Positions 63,757-64,000 of a stretch of DNA of 64,000 nt are shown here, piece by piece. The stretch comes from Octopus sinensis (Eukaryota). The notes under the pieces are model-generated. The model saw nothing but the letters and a program-made list of their open reading frames with translations, had not been told where the DNA came from and did no database searches. The DNA lies in assembly GCF_006345805.1 (NCBI RefSeq), contig NC_043022.1:8866001-8930000 (forward strand), given 5' to 3'. The translations under genes and the position numbers were made by a program. The first letter of the stretch is position 1; each line of letters opens with the position of its first letter.

Positions 63757-64000
63757 TTATTATTGTTGTTGTTATTATTTTGGTTTGGCTCAGGTTCAGT
63801 CTTATTCTTGGTAGGGATTATGTGGGTAGCGGTTTACAACTTGTAACCTTAGGTATCCACAAGTTTTCAGCAGCCTTTCAAGTGCTTAGAACCCTCCTCA
63901 TAATCCTTGCTGTCTCTGAGAGACAAACTTTCTGTAGGAGCTCTACCGGGCATTTTATTCCAATCTCCTTCAGTAATTTGTCTATATTTTCACTTAGTGA
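63757..64000 (-). mobile_element. 3' end of an RLE-type (R4/NeSL-like) non-LTR retrotransposon, cut by the window edge
   Basis: 64000-63878 reads SLSENIDKLLKEIGIKCPVELLQKVCLSETARIMRRVLST*, resembling the LQK.CLLGTARI.RRVL C-terminus; short 3' UTR then (AAC/AAT)n tail. Confidence 0.7.

Overview
AT-rich, repeat-saturated animal genomic DNA. The repeat landscape and low gene density look like an octopus (coleoid cephalopod) intronic region; this is an inference from recalled repeat types, not a database result. The only confidently identified coding sequence is one internal exon of a FoxJ2/3 forkhead gene (480-573, +), with two weaker spliceable exon candidates on the opposite strand. The rest is microsatellite ((TA)n, (TG)n, (AAT)n, (CAT)n) and transposon debris: several tRNA-derived SINE families, RTE-type and RLE-type LINE 3' ends, a mariner transposase relic, TA-, TTAA- and hAT-type MITEs, non-autonomous Helitrons, and several long near-perfect palindromes. 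Nearly all supplied ORFs are artefacts of simple repeats. The most notable observation is a full-length U6 snRNA copy (41541-41647) fused directly to a head-less SINE body, resembling the U6/LINE chimeras known from vertebrates. Many repeat boundaries are approximate and family names are from recall; very long (TA)n tracts and exact duplications may include assembly error.
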